Shown in pieces: positions 49,088-58,100 of a stretch of 64,000 nucleotides of DNA; the first letter of the stretch is position 1, and each line of letters begins with the position of its first letter. Under the pieces are notes generated by a model. That model was not told the DNA's origin, made no database searches, and was given only the letters and a program-made list of their open reading frames with translations. This DNA comes from Pseudomonadota bacterium (GTDB taxonomy: Bacteria > Myxococcota > JACRCW01 > JAFGSX01): assembly GCA_043821645.1 (NCBI GenBank), contig JBDRCO010000023.1, positions 96,001 to 160,000 on the forward strand, in the 5' to 3' direction. A program made the translations under genes and the position numbers.

Positions 49088-50203
49088 TTGAGCGAGCCCC
49101 CCCACCCCACCGAGTTTCCCAGGAAAGCCATGGTACTGGCCGCGGGGCTGGGCACGCGCCTGCTTCCCCTGACCCAGTTTGTTCCCAAGCCCATGCTCCC
49201 CGTCGCCTCGGTGCCCTTGATTCGCTATGCGCTGCGACTGCTCGCCTCCGCTGGCTGCCAGGAGGTCATGGTCAACCTGCATCACCTGCCCGAGCAGATC
49301 GAGGAGGAGGTCGGGCGCAAGGCCGAGGGCCTCAAGATCCAGTACTCGCACGAAGCCACCATCCTGGGGACCGGCGGCGGCCTGCGCAAGGTGGCGGGAT
49401 TCTTCGACCAGACCTTCTTTTTGCTCAATGCCGACTCCATCATCGACCTCGATCTGGCAGCGGCCCTTGCCACGCACCGCGCTCACGACGCCCTCGCCAC
49501 CATGGTGCTGCGCAGCCGCGTCAAGGGGGACACCTACACGGTGATCGGTGTGGACGACGCGGGGCTGGTGCGGCAGATCGGCGAGCGCGTCAAGTACCAA
49601 GGTCCCGATCTGCATCCCTACCTGTTCACCGGCGTCCATGTGCTCGAGCCCGAGTTCCTGGACTACATCCCGCCGGACATCGAGAGCTGCATCAACGGCT
49701 ACGCCTACCCCAAGGTCATCGAGGACGGCCGCACGGTGGCGGCCCACATCCAGGAGGGCTACTGGGCCGACGTGGGCACGCTCGAGCGCTACTGGCAGAC
49801 CAACGTCGATCTGTTGACCCGTCGGGCCCAGCTGAGCTTCTTCGATCCCCTGGCCAGTTTCGCCCATGGACCGAGCAAGGACGTCGACACCGTGATTCGC
49901 CTGGGTGAGAAGTGCAGCCTGGGTACCTCGGTGCGCCTGGACCCTCCCGTGCTCCTGGGCGACGGCGTGCGCGTGGGCGACGAGGTCGCGGTGGGCCCGG
50001 AGGTGGTGGTAGGTGCGGGCTGCATCCTCGGCAAGAACTGCCGTGTGCGGCGCGCCATCCTGCTGCCAGGGGCCCGTATCGAGCCCGGGGAGGTCGTGGA
50101 TTCCGAGGTGGTCACGCGAAAGATTCGCGTTCCCTTCGGAACACGCAGCGAGGCGGCCGATGCGCCGCATCCACCGGCAACAGCTCGACCCATTTCGCGC
50201 TGA
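49088..50203 (+). CDS. NDP-sugar synthase / mannose-1-phosphate guanylyltransferase-like
   Basis: AMVLAAGLGTRLLPLT..PKP, GTGGGL, W.DVGT; C-terminal left-handed beta-helix. Confidence 0.9.
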   Translation: MSEPPHPTEFPRKAMVLAAGLGTRLLPLTQFVPKPMLPVASVPLIRYALRLLASAGCQEVMVNLHHLPEQIEEEVGRKAEGLKIQYSHEATILGTGGGLRKVAGFFDQTFFLLNADSIIDLDLAAALATHRAHDALATMVLRSRVKGDTYTVIGVDDAGLVRQIGERVKYQGPDLHPYLFTGVHVLEPEFLDYIPPDIESCINGYAYPKVIEDGRTVAAHIQEGYWADVGTLERYWQTNVDLLTRRAQLSFFDPLASFAHGPSKDVDTVIRLGEKCSLGTSVRLDPPVLLGDGVRVGDEVAVGPEVVVGAGCILGKNCRVRRAILLPGARIEPGEVVDSEVVTRKIRVPFGTRSEAADAPHPPATARPISR

Positions 50204-50353
50204 ACCCTCGGAGCATGAGGCGCGAGGGGGCGAGCCCCCCGCCAGAACACCCTTCCGTCCGCAGCGTGCGACAACCCCAGGACGCCTCTTCCGGAAAGAC
50301 CTGCCCGTCGCGGGGAGCACCGTTAAGGAAAGCGCAGGGAAGGCAGGGGGGGG

Positions 50354-50716
50354 CTAGTGCTTGGGCGCCGGCTTCTCGAAGGGCGATTCCAGGGCCTGGT
50401 GCAACGCCTCGCGCTCGGCCACCGCGTCCACCAGATCGACCCCCGCGGTCCTGTTGACGAAGTTTGCGAAGTGCCGCAGCACCTCGTCGAGGTGATCATC
50501 CGCCCACAGGCGCATGGCTTGAAACACGTACTCGTCGACGAACCACTGCGGGATCACGTCCGCGTGCTTGTCGCAGAACGCTCGGAATCCGTCCTCGACC
50601 GCTTCCCAGTCGCAGGCCGTGACGCCCTTGCGAAGCAGCCCGAAGGTGCGCTGGAGCTCGCCATGAAGCGCGGTCTGCTCGGGCGCAGGAGCGATGTCAT
50701 CCCCTTGTCGTGCCAT
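50354..50716 (-). CDS. hypothetical protein
   Basis: ~120-aa helical ORF; start uncertain. Confidence 0.55.
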   Translation of the reverse strand: MARQGDDIAPAPEQTALHGELQRTFGLLRKGVTACDWEAVEDGFRAFCDKHADVIPQWFVDEYVFQAMRLWADDHLDEVLRHFANFVNRTAGVDLVDAVAEREALHQALESPFEKPAPKH

Positions 50717-50814
50717 GGCTGTCCATGATGCCACGGTCCCGGACCGGCGGTCCATGGCCCATCGACGTGAGCGCGCCTTGACAGCCAACTATTCGTGTGT
50801 TTGTTCCTGACTCC

Positions 50815-51060
50815 ATGAGGATGTGGTCCATTATCCTACTCGGGGCCATCGCCGTGGCTCCGCTGGCTCAGGCCCGGGTGGCGGCGCCTCAGGCACGCCC
50901 CGGGACCAGCTCTGCTGCAGACCTTCAGCCCCAGCGTGGTCGTTTGATCCTGCAGCCCGTGCGGGACCTGCAACCCAAGATCCGCCCGCAGCCTGCGCCT
51001 GGAAGCTCCTCGCAACCCGGCGATTTCCCCACGCCCACACGCACCCTTCGGGCCTGCTGA
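50815..51060 (+). CDS. small exported hypothetical protein
   Basis: Signal peptide-like N-terminus (…APLAQA); TTGACA upstream. Confidence 0.4.
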   Translation: MRMWSIILLGAIAVAPLAQARVAAPQARPGTSSAADLQPQRGRLILQPVRDLQPKIRPQPAPGSSSQPGDFPTPTRTLRAC

Positions 51061-51151
51061 GCGACCGCCCTCGCGGAGGCCCGCCCTGGTCCTGCATCTG
51101 CACTGCTGCATCGCCTGCGCCCTTGGAGCCTCGGCTGCCCTGGCCGCGTAT

Positions 51152-51676
51152 GTGCCGCTGGCCGCCGTGCCAAGGATCTGGCAGCGCATGGCAGTGGTGA
51201 GCGCGACCTTGCTGGCTGCGCTGGTCCTGGCGCCGACGGGTGCCTACCTCGCTTACCGCTTTCCAGACTGGTACGTGATGTACACCCTGCCCTTGTCGAC
51301 CTGGCCGAGCTGGCAGCAGCTCGCCCTCGGCGCGGCCCCGGCCCTCCTCGCCCCGCTGGCGGCGATGCTCAGTGCCCTGTTGTTGCAGCGGCGGCTGGTC
51401 ACTCTGGCCTGGTCCGTGATGGCCCTGGGTGCAGCTGGCACCGCGGGCATCCTGGTGTGGGGAGGCAATCGTCTGTGGTGGGTGGGAAGCGCAGAGGCCT
51501 TCTCCAGCGAGACCCGCTCGCTCATGCCGCAGCTCGGCGAACACCGCCTGCTGGCGGGCATGATCATCATGCTTGCGGGCCTTGGTGCATGCTGGCTATG
51601 GACGCTGCACACGCTGCGTCGCCAGCGTCGCGCCATGCGTGCCAGCCCCGGGGGAGACACGATAGTCCCTGGTTGA
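51152..51676 (+). CDS. hypothetical membrane protein (about 4 TM)
   Basis: Hydrophobic segments; YLAYRFPDWYVMY motif. Confidence 0.65.
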   Translation: MPLAAVPRIWQRMAVVSATLLAALVLAPTGAYLAYRFPDWYVMYTLPLSTWPSWQQLALGAAPALLAPLAAMLSALLLQRRLVTLAWSVMALGAAGTAGILVWGGNRLWWVGSAEAFSSETRSLMPQLGEHRLLAGMIIMLAGLGACWLWTLHTLRRQRRAMRASPGGDTIVPG

Positions 51677-51778
51677 CCAACCGCTCCGGGCAGGATTTTC
51701 TCCCCAGCTACCGACGCCAGAATCGGCCGGCCGGTTCGGGCACCCAGATCGACACCCATCCCTGGCAGGGAGTCCCTG

Positions 51779-52981
51779 ATGAAAGCTGCTTCGAACGTCC
51801 CCCTGTTGCCCGCCCTCAAGCTCATGAGCTCGGACCTCCAGGTCACCGGCAAGGTGGTGTGGGGCCTGGCGATGCGCAAGATCATGCCCTTCTTGATCGA
51901 CCACGAGTTCGTGCGCGACGACAACGCCGAGATCGGGCTGGTCAGCATCAAGCTCACCGACATGTGCAACCTGCGCTGCCGCCCCTGCGCACAGTGGGGC
52001 GAGAACGGCTACAATCTTGGCCTGTCGATCAAGGACCTCAAGAAGAAGGAACTCCCCGCCGACGTGTACGCCAAGCTCGTCGACGACGTGGCGGCCTGGG
52101 GCACCAAGCCGCTATGGTACATCTGGGGCGGCGAGCCCTTCATGCACCGCGAGATCCTCGACATCACGGGATCCATCCGTCGCGCCGGCATGCACGGCGC
52201 CATCGTCACCAATGGCTACAAGGTCAAGGAGTCGGCGCGCACCCTGGTCGAGCAGGGCTGGGACCTGATGTACATGTCCCAGGACGGCACCCACGAGATC
52301 CACCGCGAGAACCGCCCCGGCGCCAACAGCAAGTTCGACAGCTACCAGATGATGCAGGACGGCGTGACCGAGCTGGTCGCCGAGCGCGGGCGCCTGGACA
52401 AGAAGTTCCCGGTGGTGCTGACCCTGACCTGCATCACCAGCATCAACCAGCACGATCTGCTCGAGACCATCCTCGATGCCCAGGCCATGGGCACCGACGC
52501 CATGGTCATGTACCCGGCCTGGTTCACCACCCTCGAGGACGGCCGCAAGCACGAGGCCGAGTTCGAGCGCCGCTTCGGCTTCAAACCTTTCATGTGGAAG
52601 GGCTACGTGGCCGATTGCCACGACGTGGATGTGCCGGCCCTGGTCGAGGAGCTCAAGCGCATCCAGGCCGATCCGCGGGTCAAGATCCCCTGGACGCTGA
52701 TGCCCGACATCTCCTTCGATCAGCTGGAGACCTACTACAAGGACCACGCGGATTTCCTGGGCTACGGCCAGTGCTTCTACCCGTGGACCTACGTCGAGAT
52801 CCAGCCCAACGGCGACGTGTCGACCTGCCGCGACTACGGCGACTACATCTGCGGCAACATCACCGAGGACAGCCTGGCCTCCATCTTCAACAACGAGAAG
52901 TACCAGGCCTTCCGCAAGTCCTTGCGCAAGGACGGCATGATGCCCATCTGTTCGCGCTGCTGCGGTCTGATGGGCTTCTAG
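51779..52981 (+). CDS. radical SAM protein with SPASM/twitch-type C-terminal domain
   Basis: CNLRCRPC, GGEPF, VTNG, S.DG; CFYPW...PNGDVSTC...CGNI...CSRCCG. Confidence 0.92.
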   Translation: MKAASNVPLLPALKLMSSDLQVTGKVVWGLAMRKIMPFLIDHEFVRDDNAEIGLVSIKLTDMCNLRCRPCAQWGENGYNLGLSIKDLKKKELPADVYAKLVDDVAAWGTKPLWYIWGGEPFMHREILDITGSIRRAGMHGAIVTNGYKVKESARTLVEQGWDLMYMSQDGTHEIHRENRPGANSKFDSYQMMQDGVTELVAERGRLDKKFPVVLTLTCITSINQHDLLETILDAQAMGTDAMVMYPAWFTTLEDGRKHEAEFERRFGFKPFMWKGYVADCHDVDVPALVEELKRIQADPRVKIPWTLMPDISFDQLETYYKDHADFLGYGQCFYPWTYVEIQPNGDVSTCRDYGDYICGNITEDSLASIFNNEKYQAFRKSLRKDGMMPICSRCCGLMGF

Positions 52982-52990
52982 TTTTCTTGG

Positions 52991-53110
52991 GGGGCGTTCG
53001 GCACGCCCCCTTGGGCGCCGGAGTGAATCCGTCGCCATTCACCCCCTGGCAGCAGCTGCTCTTCTCGAAGGGGCGTTCGGCACGCGCCCTTGGGCGCCGG
53101 AATGAATCCG
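52991..53110. repeat. two 41-bp direct repeats (39/41 identical) with internal hairpin, REP-like
   Basis: GGGGCGTTCGGCACGC[C/G]CCCTTGGGCGCCGGA[G/A]TGAATCCG at 52991-53031 and 53070-53110, between convergent genes. Confidence 0.8.
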
Positions 53111-53134
53111 GCAGGGGCCCCTCTCCGGCAGCCG

Positions 53135-54040
53135 CTAGTGCCTCTGGTGCACCTTCAAGAACGCGATCAGAGCCTCGGGGTCGTCGGTGATGATGCCGTC
53201 GACGTCGAGCTCGAGCATACGACGCCAGCTTTTCTCCTCGTTGACGGTCCAGGGGATCACGCGCAGACCCGCGGCGTGACAGGCGTGCACCTCGGTCGCC
53301 GTGATCCAGTCCTGGTGCGGGGACACGATGGCCGCCCCGGCAGCCCTGGCCACGGCCACCAGGTCGGGCAAGGTCTCGTCGATCAGAACCGCGGTGGTCA
53401 GGGCAGGTTCAAATTTCTTGGCTTCGATCAGGATGCGGTGATCGAAGCTCTGCAGCACCGCGCGCGAGACCATGCCGTGATCCTGCAGGCTGTCGACGAC
53501 GAGGCGCGCGAAGCGATCGGGCGGCGGGGAGAGATCCGTTCGGCCGGGCACGCTCTTGGCCTCGATGTTCAGGCGCACTGTTCTCGCGGCCGGAGCCGGG
53601 GAGGACCGCAGCAGCTCGAAGACCTGCACCAAGCTCGGGGGAGGCGTGCCGGGAGATGTGCTCTGGGCTGGAAAGCGCGGGTTCTGCACGGCGCCGCAGT
53701 CCAGGGCCTGCGCCTGCACCAGGCGAAGTGAGCGCAGCGCCGTGTCCGGCGCCACGGCCGTGCCATCGCGGTGGCGGCACAGCACCGTGCTGACCACGGG
53801 ATCATGCATCACCAGCAACTGGTCGTCGGCGGTGACCACCACGTCGAGTTCGAGCACGTCGACACCCACCTGAAGGGCGTGCGCGAAGGCCGGCAGAGTG
53901 TTCTCGGGAAAGCGCGCGCGGGCACCGCGGTGTCCCTGCACCTCGATGGCGCGCGGCCTGGACGTGGTCGCAGCATGCATGGTGTTGACCGTGGTCGCTG
54001 ATAGCAGCGTGGCGACAAGAAGGGGAGGCCCCAGACTCAT
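53135..54040 (-). CDS. glycerophosphodiester phosphodiesterase
   Basis: QGHRGA..PENT, LELDV, MHD, NIEAK, QSFD, WTVN, DGIITDDP. Confidence 0.93.
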   Translation of the reverse strand: MSLGPPLLVATLLSATTVNTMHAATTSRPRAIEVQGHRGARARFPENTLPAFAHALQVGVDVLELDVVVTADDQLLVMHDPVVSTVLCRHRDGTAVAPDTALRSLRLVQAQALDCGAVQNPRFPAQSTSPGTPPPSLVQVFELLRSSPAPAARTVRLNIEAKSVPGRTDLSPPPDRFARLVVDSLQDHGMVSRAVLQSFDHRILIEAKKFEPALTTAVLIDETLPDLVAVARAAGAAIVSPHQDWITATEVHACHAAGLRVIPWTVNEEKSWRRMLELDVDGIITDDPEALIAFLKVHQRH

Positions 54041-54044
54041 GGCT

Positions 54045-55001
54045 TCACCGCGCAGTCGCCGGAGCGGCAGAGGGCGCGCTGGCAGGTGTGGCCGGGCGCG
54101 AGGCTGGGTCGTGGCGAGGAGCTATCCCGGTCGTGTGGTCGAGGCAGTCCCGGTCCAGGTGCGCCACCACGTCCCGCAGCGAGAACCCAAGGCCCAGCGT
54201 GCCATCGAGCTGCAAGGCGCGGCCAAGCTGCTCGACCACGGTCGGCATGGCGCCATCCCGTCGACCGACCAGGATCACGTTGGCCGATTGCACGGCGCGG
54301 TAGCAGGCGGTGACCGGGAACACCGAGGTAAAAGAGGCGAGCAGCACCAGCTCCTCATCGGGATCTGCGGCCGCCACGTTGGCCACCACCGCACCGCCCG
54401 CCGCCAGGCGAGTTCGCACCGCCTTGAAGAACTCGACCGTGGTCAGGTGCCGCGGAATGCCGTCGCCACTGTAGGCATCGAGCACGATGAGGTCTCGCGG
54501 CACGCGGTCCTTCTCGATGAAAGCCCGGCCGTCGCCAAGGGAGATTCGGTGGCGCGCATCCTCGACCACGCCGAAGTGCGCCTTGGCCGCCTTGACGACG
54601 ACGGGGTCGATGTCAACCACGTCCATCTGCAGCCCGGGCATGGTCCGGTGCAGCAGCATGGTGAAGGTGCCACCCCCGAGACCCACCATGAGCAGGCTGC
54701 GCGGTTTGTCGACGTGAAGCAGGCCCGCGGCCATGTGCCGCACATAGTCCATGGGAACGGCCCGGGGATCGTCGAGGGAGATCATGCTCTGGTCGTCGCC
54801 ATCCAGGCTGTCAAAGCGCAGGTAGCGTCGCCGCCCCTCGTCGATGACCAGCACCCGCGCGTAGGGTGAACGCTCGTCGAAGACGATGTGCGGGATCGCT
54901 CCGGAGCGGGCGCCCAGCACCACCGCCCCGAGCAGGACGAGCGCACCGGCGTTCCGGCCATGTGTCCGCCAGGTCCTCGCCTCGGGCTGCTGGCTCACCA
55001 T
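54045..55001 (-). CDS. spermidine synthase-like SAM-dependent transferase
   Basis: SPY, DQS, LMVGLGGG, VDIDP.VV..A..HF, DGR.FI, DLIVLDAY. Confidence 0.82.
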   Translation of the reverse strand: MVSQQPEARTWRTHGRNAGALVLLGAVVLGARSGAIPHIVFDERSPYARVLVIDEGRRRYLRFDSLDGDDQSMISLDDPRAVPMDYVRHMAAGLLHVDKPRSLLMVGLGGGTFTMLLHRTMPGLQMDVVDIDPVVVKAAKAHFGVVEDARHRISLGDGRAFIEKDRVPRDLIVLDAYSGDGIPRHLTTVEFFKAVRTRLAAGGAVVANVAAADPDEELVLLASFTSVFPVTACYRAVQSANVILVGRRDGAMPTVVEQLGRALQLDGTLGLGFSLRDVVAHLDRDCLDHTTGIAPRHDPASRPATPASAPSAAPATAR

Positions 55002-55585
55002 CCGCTGTCCCACATCTTGAAGTACACGCCTATCACGACAACGTAGGACGTGTGCAGACCTCCGTCCGCCCAGTCCAGAGCGACCCCACCCTCGAGCTCG
55101 AGGTGAAATTTGTCAGCCAGCAGGTAGCCCAGCGCCACCATGGGCTCGACCGTCGGGGACCAGCGATCGAGATCGCGCACGTGGCGCAGGCCCGCAGCGT
55201 CCACGGAGGTGGTCTGCGCCATCACCAGATGCGAGCCACCCAGGCGCGCGCCGGCCAGGGCGTAGGCGTCCAGGAACAGCGGCACCTGACCCTCGAGCGA
55301 TACGAAGATCAGACTGCGCTTGAGGCTGCTCAGGTCGTCCTGCTCAAACTCGCCCTGCACCAGGCCGAGCTGCAGGCGCAGATGGTCGAACAGCCGCAGC
55401 ATGAGCCGACCCGAGATGCCAAGCCCCACGCCCTCGTGCAGGCGCCCGGCGAGGGGCTGCGCCTGCGGCCACACGGTCAGGCCCATGCCGCCGGTGAGGC
55501 GGAAGGTCGAGGCTGCGGCCGGCGTCGCCGCCACCAGGAGAGCCAGACCAGCCGCAAAGACCAGGGCGTGACGACGTGCAATCAC
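54995..55585 (-). CDS. outer-membrane beta-barrel-like hypothetical protein
   Basis: Signal peptide (…PAAA), alternating amphipathic beta strands; GAGGAG RBS. Confidence 0.6.
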   Translation of the reverse strand: MIARRHALVFAAGLALLVAATPAAASTFRLTGGMGLTVWPQAQPLAGRLHEGVGLGISGRLMLRLFDHLRLQLGLVQGEFEQDDLSSLKRSLIFVSLEGQVPLFLDAYALAGARLGGSHLVMAQTTSVDAAGLRHVRDLDRWSPTVEPMVALGYLLADKFHLELEGGVALDWADGGLHTSYVVVIGVYFKMWDSGW

Positions 55586-55803
55586 CAGCACTCCTCGGTG
55601 CGAGCAGCACATGTACGCGATGGCTGCCGCAGGGGCAAGTCTGCACGAAGCGGCAATGTGAGCTGCCACACAGGTGTCACCGGGTGCCTTATGGGGCAGC
55701 GGCGGGACGTGCGTGCGCCATCCTGGATCACCTGGCTGCAGAAGATTGCGCCGTTCAACCCAGGATCCCGCATTCCGCGGGCCGCAAGGGCCTGGGAGAG
55801 AGG

Positions 55804-55819
55804 TGGCATGAAGCTCGCT
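55804..55819 (+). promoter_or_regulatory. putative sigma54 promoter
   Basis: TGGCAT-GAAGC-TCGCT with exact -24/-12 spacing, about 40 nt before ATG 55861 (AGGAGG RBS). Confidence 0.55.
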
Positions 55820-55860
55820 ATACCAGTTCCCGAGCGCGCAACAGCGCTCAGGAGGTCCTG

Positions 55861-58068
55861 ATGAGCCATGCAACATCCACCACCATCGAGATCGTGCACG
55901 TGATGTCCGGCGCCGACATCCTGCGCGCCGGCGAGGTGCAGCTGGCCCTGGGCTTTCCCGAGGAGGTGGTCAAGGCCTGGATGCGCGCGGGTCACAGCCC
56001 CAACGCCTGGCTGGTGCCAGACCGGCGCAGCGCCGACGGAGTGGTGCAGTGGGCCTTCGAGTTTCCGCTGTACTACGCGCTGTTCGTGCAGGGCCTGTTC
56101 ACCCGCGGAGAGAAGATCCCGGTGCTGGTCAAGGAACGCGACTGGACGGACCTGGTCGAATACCTGCGCCTGACCTTGCTCGGGCTCCGTGGCGACGAGA
56201 TGAAGCGCGAAGGCGTGCGCGCCCAGGTGGTGGAGCAGCTGACCCGAGAAGGAGCGGCCATGGCGCTCAAGCGCAGCGATGGCGAGATCGCGGGGATCGA
56301 GGATTTTCTGGAGCCACACTTCTTCGACGCCGAGGGCGTGGTCGAATACCTCGGCCTGCGCGTCAAGGCCCATGGCGACAACGTCTACTCCTACTACACC
56401 GAGGCTGATCGCCTGGAGGAGGTGCTGTTGCAGACGGGAGGGGCCGAGGCGCCGCCCTACAGCACGCCGCTGGCGCCGGCCACGGTACCGGTCATGCCGC
56501 AGCCCTTCGAGGTCATCACCCTGGGTTCATCGTCGGGCTTCGATCCGGCCAACCCCTGCACCAGCGTGCTGGTTCAGGCCCATGGCCGGTTCGTGCTGGT
56601 GGACTGCGGGCCCTACGTGCGAGCCCTGCTCCGCCACGCAGGTGTCAGCTTGCAGCAGATCCAGGCGCTCGTCGTCACCCATGCGCACGAGGATCATGCG
56701 GTGGGGCTGAGCGCCCTGCTCGACCTGACGCACCGCCTGCAGCTGTTCGTGACCCGCGAGACCGCAGCCATCTTGCGCCGCAAGCTGGCCATCCTGAACC
56801 CGCAGGTGAGCCGTCCCGAGCGCCTGCTCGACGACGCCTTTGACCTGGTCTACGTGGAACCGGGCCGGGAGGTGAGTTTTCTCGGACTCACGCTGCGCTT
56901 TCACTACACCATGCACGCCATCCCCTGCACCGGCGTCGAGCTCAGCATGCGAGTCGGCACGGAGATCAAGCGCGTCCTCGTGGTCGGCGACAACAACGCC
57001 CGCGCCAACATCGAGCAAGCCGCGACCCAGGGCGTGATCGATGCTGCCCGTCGCGACGAACTGCTGGCGCTGTACGCGTGGCAGGGTGATCTGCTCATCG
57101 CCGACGCCGGTGGCGGCCTGATTCACGGTGTTCCGGCCGACTTCGCGGGCAATCCATCGAGGGACGTGGTCTGCGTGCATACCGGCGCGCTCAAGCCAGA
57201 AGAAAGACACCTGTATACCCTGGCCGCACCAGGTCTCCGCTACACCCTGGTGTCGGAGCAGCGTGGTCCGACCCCCCTTGAGCGCGGGCTCGCCCATCGC
57301 GCCCTGAACGAGGCTTTCACCCAGAGCGCCTCGGCCTGGCTGGACGCCATGCTCGACGCTGCCGAGCCCCTGAGCGTCAACCGCGGCCAGATCGTGGTGC
57401 GCAACGGCGACAGCGGTCAGGACCTGTACGTCGCCTTGACCGGTGAACTGGCCGTGTTGATCGAGGAAGACGGCACGTCGCGCCAGGTCGCCACCGTGAA
57501 CGCCGGCGAGGTCTTTGGCGAGATGGCGGTCGTCAACAGCGCGCCGCGCTCTGCCACGGTGATGGCTCAGACACCGGCGCGCCTGCTGCGCATCCCGGGG
57601 GAGCTGTTCCACTGCTTCGTGGCCGACGCCAAGCTGACCGGAAGCCTGCCCGAGCTGTGGTCCAAGCGCCACGACCTCGAGCGCGTGACCGTGCTCTCCA
57701 ACGCCTCGGTGACGACCCGCAACCTGCTGGCGCGTGCGGCGGTTCGGCGGCAGGTGGAGCCCGGTGCCACCCTCATTCGCGAGGGTTCCCAGAGCGACAC
57801 GGTGTTCATCCTGGTGCAGGGCCGGGTCCAGGTCTACAAGGGCGCCGCGCCTCTGCTCGCGGGAGGCACGCCCATCATCGTCGAGCCGGGCTCCCTGATC
57901 GGTGAGACCGCGCCCTTTCTCAAGCAAGCGCGCAACGCCAGCATCGTGGCACTCGACGCGTGCGAGGTGCTGGCCATTCGCGGCAGTGACTTCAAGCGCG
58001 TGGTGCAGTGTGCTCCGCAACTGTTCCTGGCCATCTCGCGCGTGGTGCGCTCGCGCCAGGCAGCCTGA
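55861..58068 (+). CDS. MBL-fold metallo-hydrolase with two C-terminal cyclic-nucleotide-binding domains (putative cNMP-regulated phosphodiesterase)
   Basis: LGSSSGFDP, LVDCG, THAHEDH (HxHxDH), HAIPC, GD, IHG, VH; cNMP motifs FGEMA…PRSATV and IGETA…RNASIV. Confidence 0.87.
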   Translation: MSHATSTTIEIVHVMSGADILRAGEVQLALGFPEEVVKAWMRAGHSPNAWLVPDRRSADGVVQWAFEFPLYYALFVQGLFTRGEKIPVLVKERDWTDLVEYLRLTLLGLRGDEMKREGVRAQVVEQLTREGAAMALKRSDGEIAGIEDFLEPHFFDAEGVVEYLGLRVKAHGDNVYSYYTEADRLEEVLLQTGGAEAPPYSTPLAPATVPVMPQPFEVITLGSSSGFDPANPCTSVLVQAHGRFVLVDCGPYVRALLRHAGVSLQQIQALVVTHAHEDHAVGLSALLDLTHRLQLFVTRETAAILRRKLAILNPQVSRPERLLDDAFDLVYVEPGREVSFLGLTLRFHYTMHAIPCTGVELSMRVGTEIKRVLVVGDNNARANIEQAATQGVIDAARRDELLALYAWQGDLLIADAGGGLIHGVPADFAGNPSRDVVCVHTGALKPEERHLYTLAAPGLRYTLVSEQRGPTPLERGLAHRALNEAFTQSASAWLDAMLDAAEPLSVNRGQIVVRNGDSGQDLYVALTGELAVLIEEDGTSRQVATVNAGEVFGEMAVVNSAPRSATVMAQTPARLLRIPGELFHCFVADAKLTGSLPELWSKRHDLERVTVLSNASVTTRNLLARAAVRRQVEPGATLIREGSQSDTVFILVQGRVQVYKGAAPLLAGGTPIIVEPGSLIGETAPFLKQARNASIVALDACEVLAIRGSDFKRVVQCAPQLFLAISRVVRSRQAA

Positions 58069-58100
58069 CGCCCGTCCAGATCAGCCCCGGGAGGTCCTCC

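Noticed and set aside
50226-50240. Rho-independent terminator GGGGG-CGAG-CCCCC
   Set aside because: Short stem without a U-tract on either strand; insufficient support.
52991-53110. CRISPR array
   Set aside because: Only two repeat units, no leader and no cas genes in the window; better explained as REP-like.
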